From Azolla caroliniana (Eukaryota > Plantae > Polypodiophyta), in contig JBHGNT010000009.1 in assembly GCA_043228905.1 (NCBI GenBank), positions 17,484,001 to 17,548,000 on the forward strand: a stretch of DNA of 64,000 nucleotides, given 5' to 3'. The first letter of the stretch is position 1. Each line of letters starts with the position of its first letter. The translations under genes and the position numbers were made by a program. The notes under the pieces are model-generated. The model searched no databases, was not told the DNA's origin, and saw only the letters and a program-made list of their open reading frames with translations. Below, piece by piece: positions 61,100 to 64,000 of this stretch.

Positions 61100-62500
61100 A
61101 AGAGCAAACATATAAATACCAAAACCAATGCAAAATCACGCTAACCATACATTAAAAAACAAACAAAAAAGTATACTTTATCATATCAAGGTCGTCAAGG
61201 TAAAGAATAACTAAAGATGATTGCCACCATCACGACCCAATTGTAGGCCAATAGCTTATGTCCTAGCTCGTGATTGATCCAATGTTGGACAATTGTCAAA
61301 TGTATCCTTAGCTTATGTATTGGCGCCTCACGTTGTGTATGATTTGGGGAAGTTTCACTACCATACCACAAACCAAACAATAAATCTAAAATAGTTGTTC
61401 TATCAATTCTATGTTGTTAATAAATATTTAGCAATCATTTGAATAGAAAACCCAACTTCACTAAGAACCGTGTGACTCGTTCAGATTGAGAACCAAGTGT
61501 AAAGAGAAATTTTTGGTGGTGTTGAATAAATTTTCGTAAGATGTAATCATTCTCTTTCTAATAGTGCCCTCATGGGGATCAAGTCTGGCTCTAGAAAAAG
61601 GATCAAGGAAGATATAAACTATTTTATCTTGATCAAGCATGTATACGATTTATGAATATTCCTTCGTGACATGTTGTCGATTATGAGATGATTAATATGA
61701 TATGATACTACTAATTGCTATTTAATTATGGTAGTATGTTCATGATTAGTACTAAGATGGCTCTTTTGTAGATTTTATTGAGGATGATCAAGACATTTTC
61801 ATGCAACATGTGTATATGTAGTGTAGGTTCCAAAAACATGCTTGAAGTATGAAATAACAATTTCTTACTTCGTCTTTCAAAACACAACGGCCATTTCATA
61901 ACTCCTCGTCACATATTAGCATCCAAGTTACTAACACATTTCGTCTTTACACTTTGAATTGTCTTCCAAAGCATTGGGTGCTAAAATTCCAACAATTATT
62001 ACTTTGGTGGGTTTTCTTCAACTAAGCATATGTATCACACAAATATAGTTTCCATGCACTTTTGAATAACCTTTACCCATATGCATACCATTGTGTTTAT
62101 CAAATGAACCACCTCATCTATATTTCATTTTATAGACTGAGTATGTACGAGACACTTTATATGGCGATCTTTCCTACCTTACCTACTTTTATGGTTGTTT
62201 ATCTTTTGCCAAAATGGTGACTTTGTGTTTATTTTAAAACTATCGTGTTTGTCTTTTAGAGTACACGAGGACAAAGAAACATTTTTTAACTTATTTTTTT
62301 GTCATTCCAACTTAAAGAAATTTGCCCATTTGTACCTGATTACTTTCACTCATTGTGGTCGTTCCAGTATATACTAACTTTCATCGGTTTGTGTAAAATT
62401 AGTCATATTTTGCATGAATTATTCTTCACCAAATCTCTATGGCTTTAGCCTAGACTATCGGATGAAATGAATTACTAACAAAATCCAAGATAATCACATA
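61100..62500 (-). mobile_element. Possible ancient gypsy pol relic
   Basis: ORF 61195..61380 loosely resembles the integrase zinc-finger region (GHKLL...W...IF); weak. Confidence 0.25.
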
Positions 62501-64000
62501 CATTCATAATATAAGAGTTTTGTGCACTCTTATCCCATTGAATCAGTAGTTCGAACTACCAATTTAGGTGTGGACTCCTTCGAGGATGAGACAATGAAGC
62601 ACATTAGTCTTGTTAATATTTATCTCTCACATGAACATACCTAATCCATGAAATGTCCCATTCCTTGCTTGCATCAACATTATTTCTAACTTGATCATAC
62701 AATTATGAACTTTATTATTCAAGAATTACTAAGCACAAATATCTAGTTTTCTTCTTTTCTATGAAGCCTACATGTACAAGCAAACATCAAGGTGTAACCG
62801 ACGTTTGGTTTCCTGTTATACCATATACATATGGGCATTGGGAATCAAAACCAGAACCCAAGACTCTTAGTTAAATTTGATCATTAAGGACTAATACGAG
62901 TGAGGAAGCACAAAATAACTAAGATCTAATGAGAGTGATCGGAAAGAGGAAGAAACAATATGGCCCCAATAGACCTATGTATTAGATGATCACTCAATAT
63001 ACTATTAATGTGACAAGGATCACGCTAGTACAAATGGAAGTTGTTGGAGATTGTCATAGGGCATATAATAGCACGAATGTTATATGTGTTCCTTTGTATA
63101 AACTTGTTGGCCATTCAACATAAATGATTTGATTTTGAATAATGAATTTATGGCCATATACCTCACATACTATGTAGTTTTTGTTGGTAAGTTAACCATT
63201 TCTTGTTAGAAAATCTCCTTTCTCTATAAAAAAAAACTTGTTAGTGTCTAGAAGATACATCACATGTGTAATTCAATTTGTGATGTTTGGTAACAATATT
63301 CAAGATAAAATGACAAGTTTTTCATATACTTGTCATTGAATACCAATTATTCTTCATGTGGTTCAAACTTTGTTCATTATAAAGTGACAAGTATTATAAA
63401 GGGAAAATAGTTCTCGTGGATTTACCACACATAAAATGTATAATCCATCACCAATGTCAAATGTATAACCCATCAAATCCACTTAATCCATCACCAATCG
63501 TCAAATGTATAACCCAACAAATGCACTTAGTATTTTCATAGCCGTACACAAATATTTCTTCGACATCTTCTCCTTATAACAATGGTTCAACCCATGTAGA
63601 AAACATTTTCCTTCCATATTTAATTTCTTTCATGAATAGTTGATGGAACATCAAATGTAACCTTATTATGCTATATAACTTTATGATTTGGGTTATTCTA
63701 GTTTATTTGAAGACGTTTCTTGATGGAACGATGAAACACGTCTAATTCTCTTAAAATACATTATATTCAACATATCACCTATTGATGTTATGTAAATCCA
63801 TGATCTTATATGATTATATCTAATTGAAGAAAACCATGTTTTCTCACATCATTATGATTATTTTCTCTACGAGTACTATGTTATATGTAATGTTGAACCA
63901 TATTGAGTTCACAATATTTTATTGATGCATAAAGTCGATCTTTCTTGATAAAATGTACTAGCATAGGTGTGAGGTTTAATTTACATACTCCTTCAAGTTT

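Overview
Eukaryotic, repeat-dominated window from a land plant, probably a non-seed plant (bryophyte, lycophyte or fern; inferred from the retrotransposon types only). Bases ~1-52,300 are a nested transposon cluster: three full-length Ty1/copia elements with TSDs (one, 27848-33303, with an intact 1357-aa ORF and near-identical LTRs), several decayed copia elements and solo LTRs, a tRNA-Trp-primed Ty3/gypsy element, two copies of an ~0.83-kb hAT-type MITE, APE-type LINEs, and long (CT)n and (TA/TG)n microsatellite tracts. Bases ~52,300-64,000 are AT-rich and hold one four-exon host gene (TMEM128-like membrane protein, minus strand, 54561-56642) plus very old TE relics. The two main observations are: (1) a single ~19.8-kb inversion (about 15071-34910) that, when undone, restores a gypsy element, a MITE, a copia element and a LINE, with matching TSDs for the gypsy element and the MITE; (2) a candidate -1 ribosomal frameshift signal (G GAU UUU plus an H-type pseudoknot) located after the protease of the gypsy element. 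All coordinates were read by eye; lineage names are inferences without database searches.
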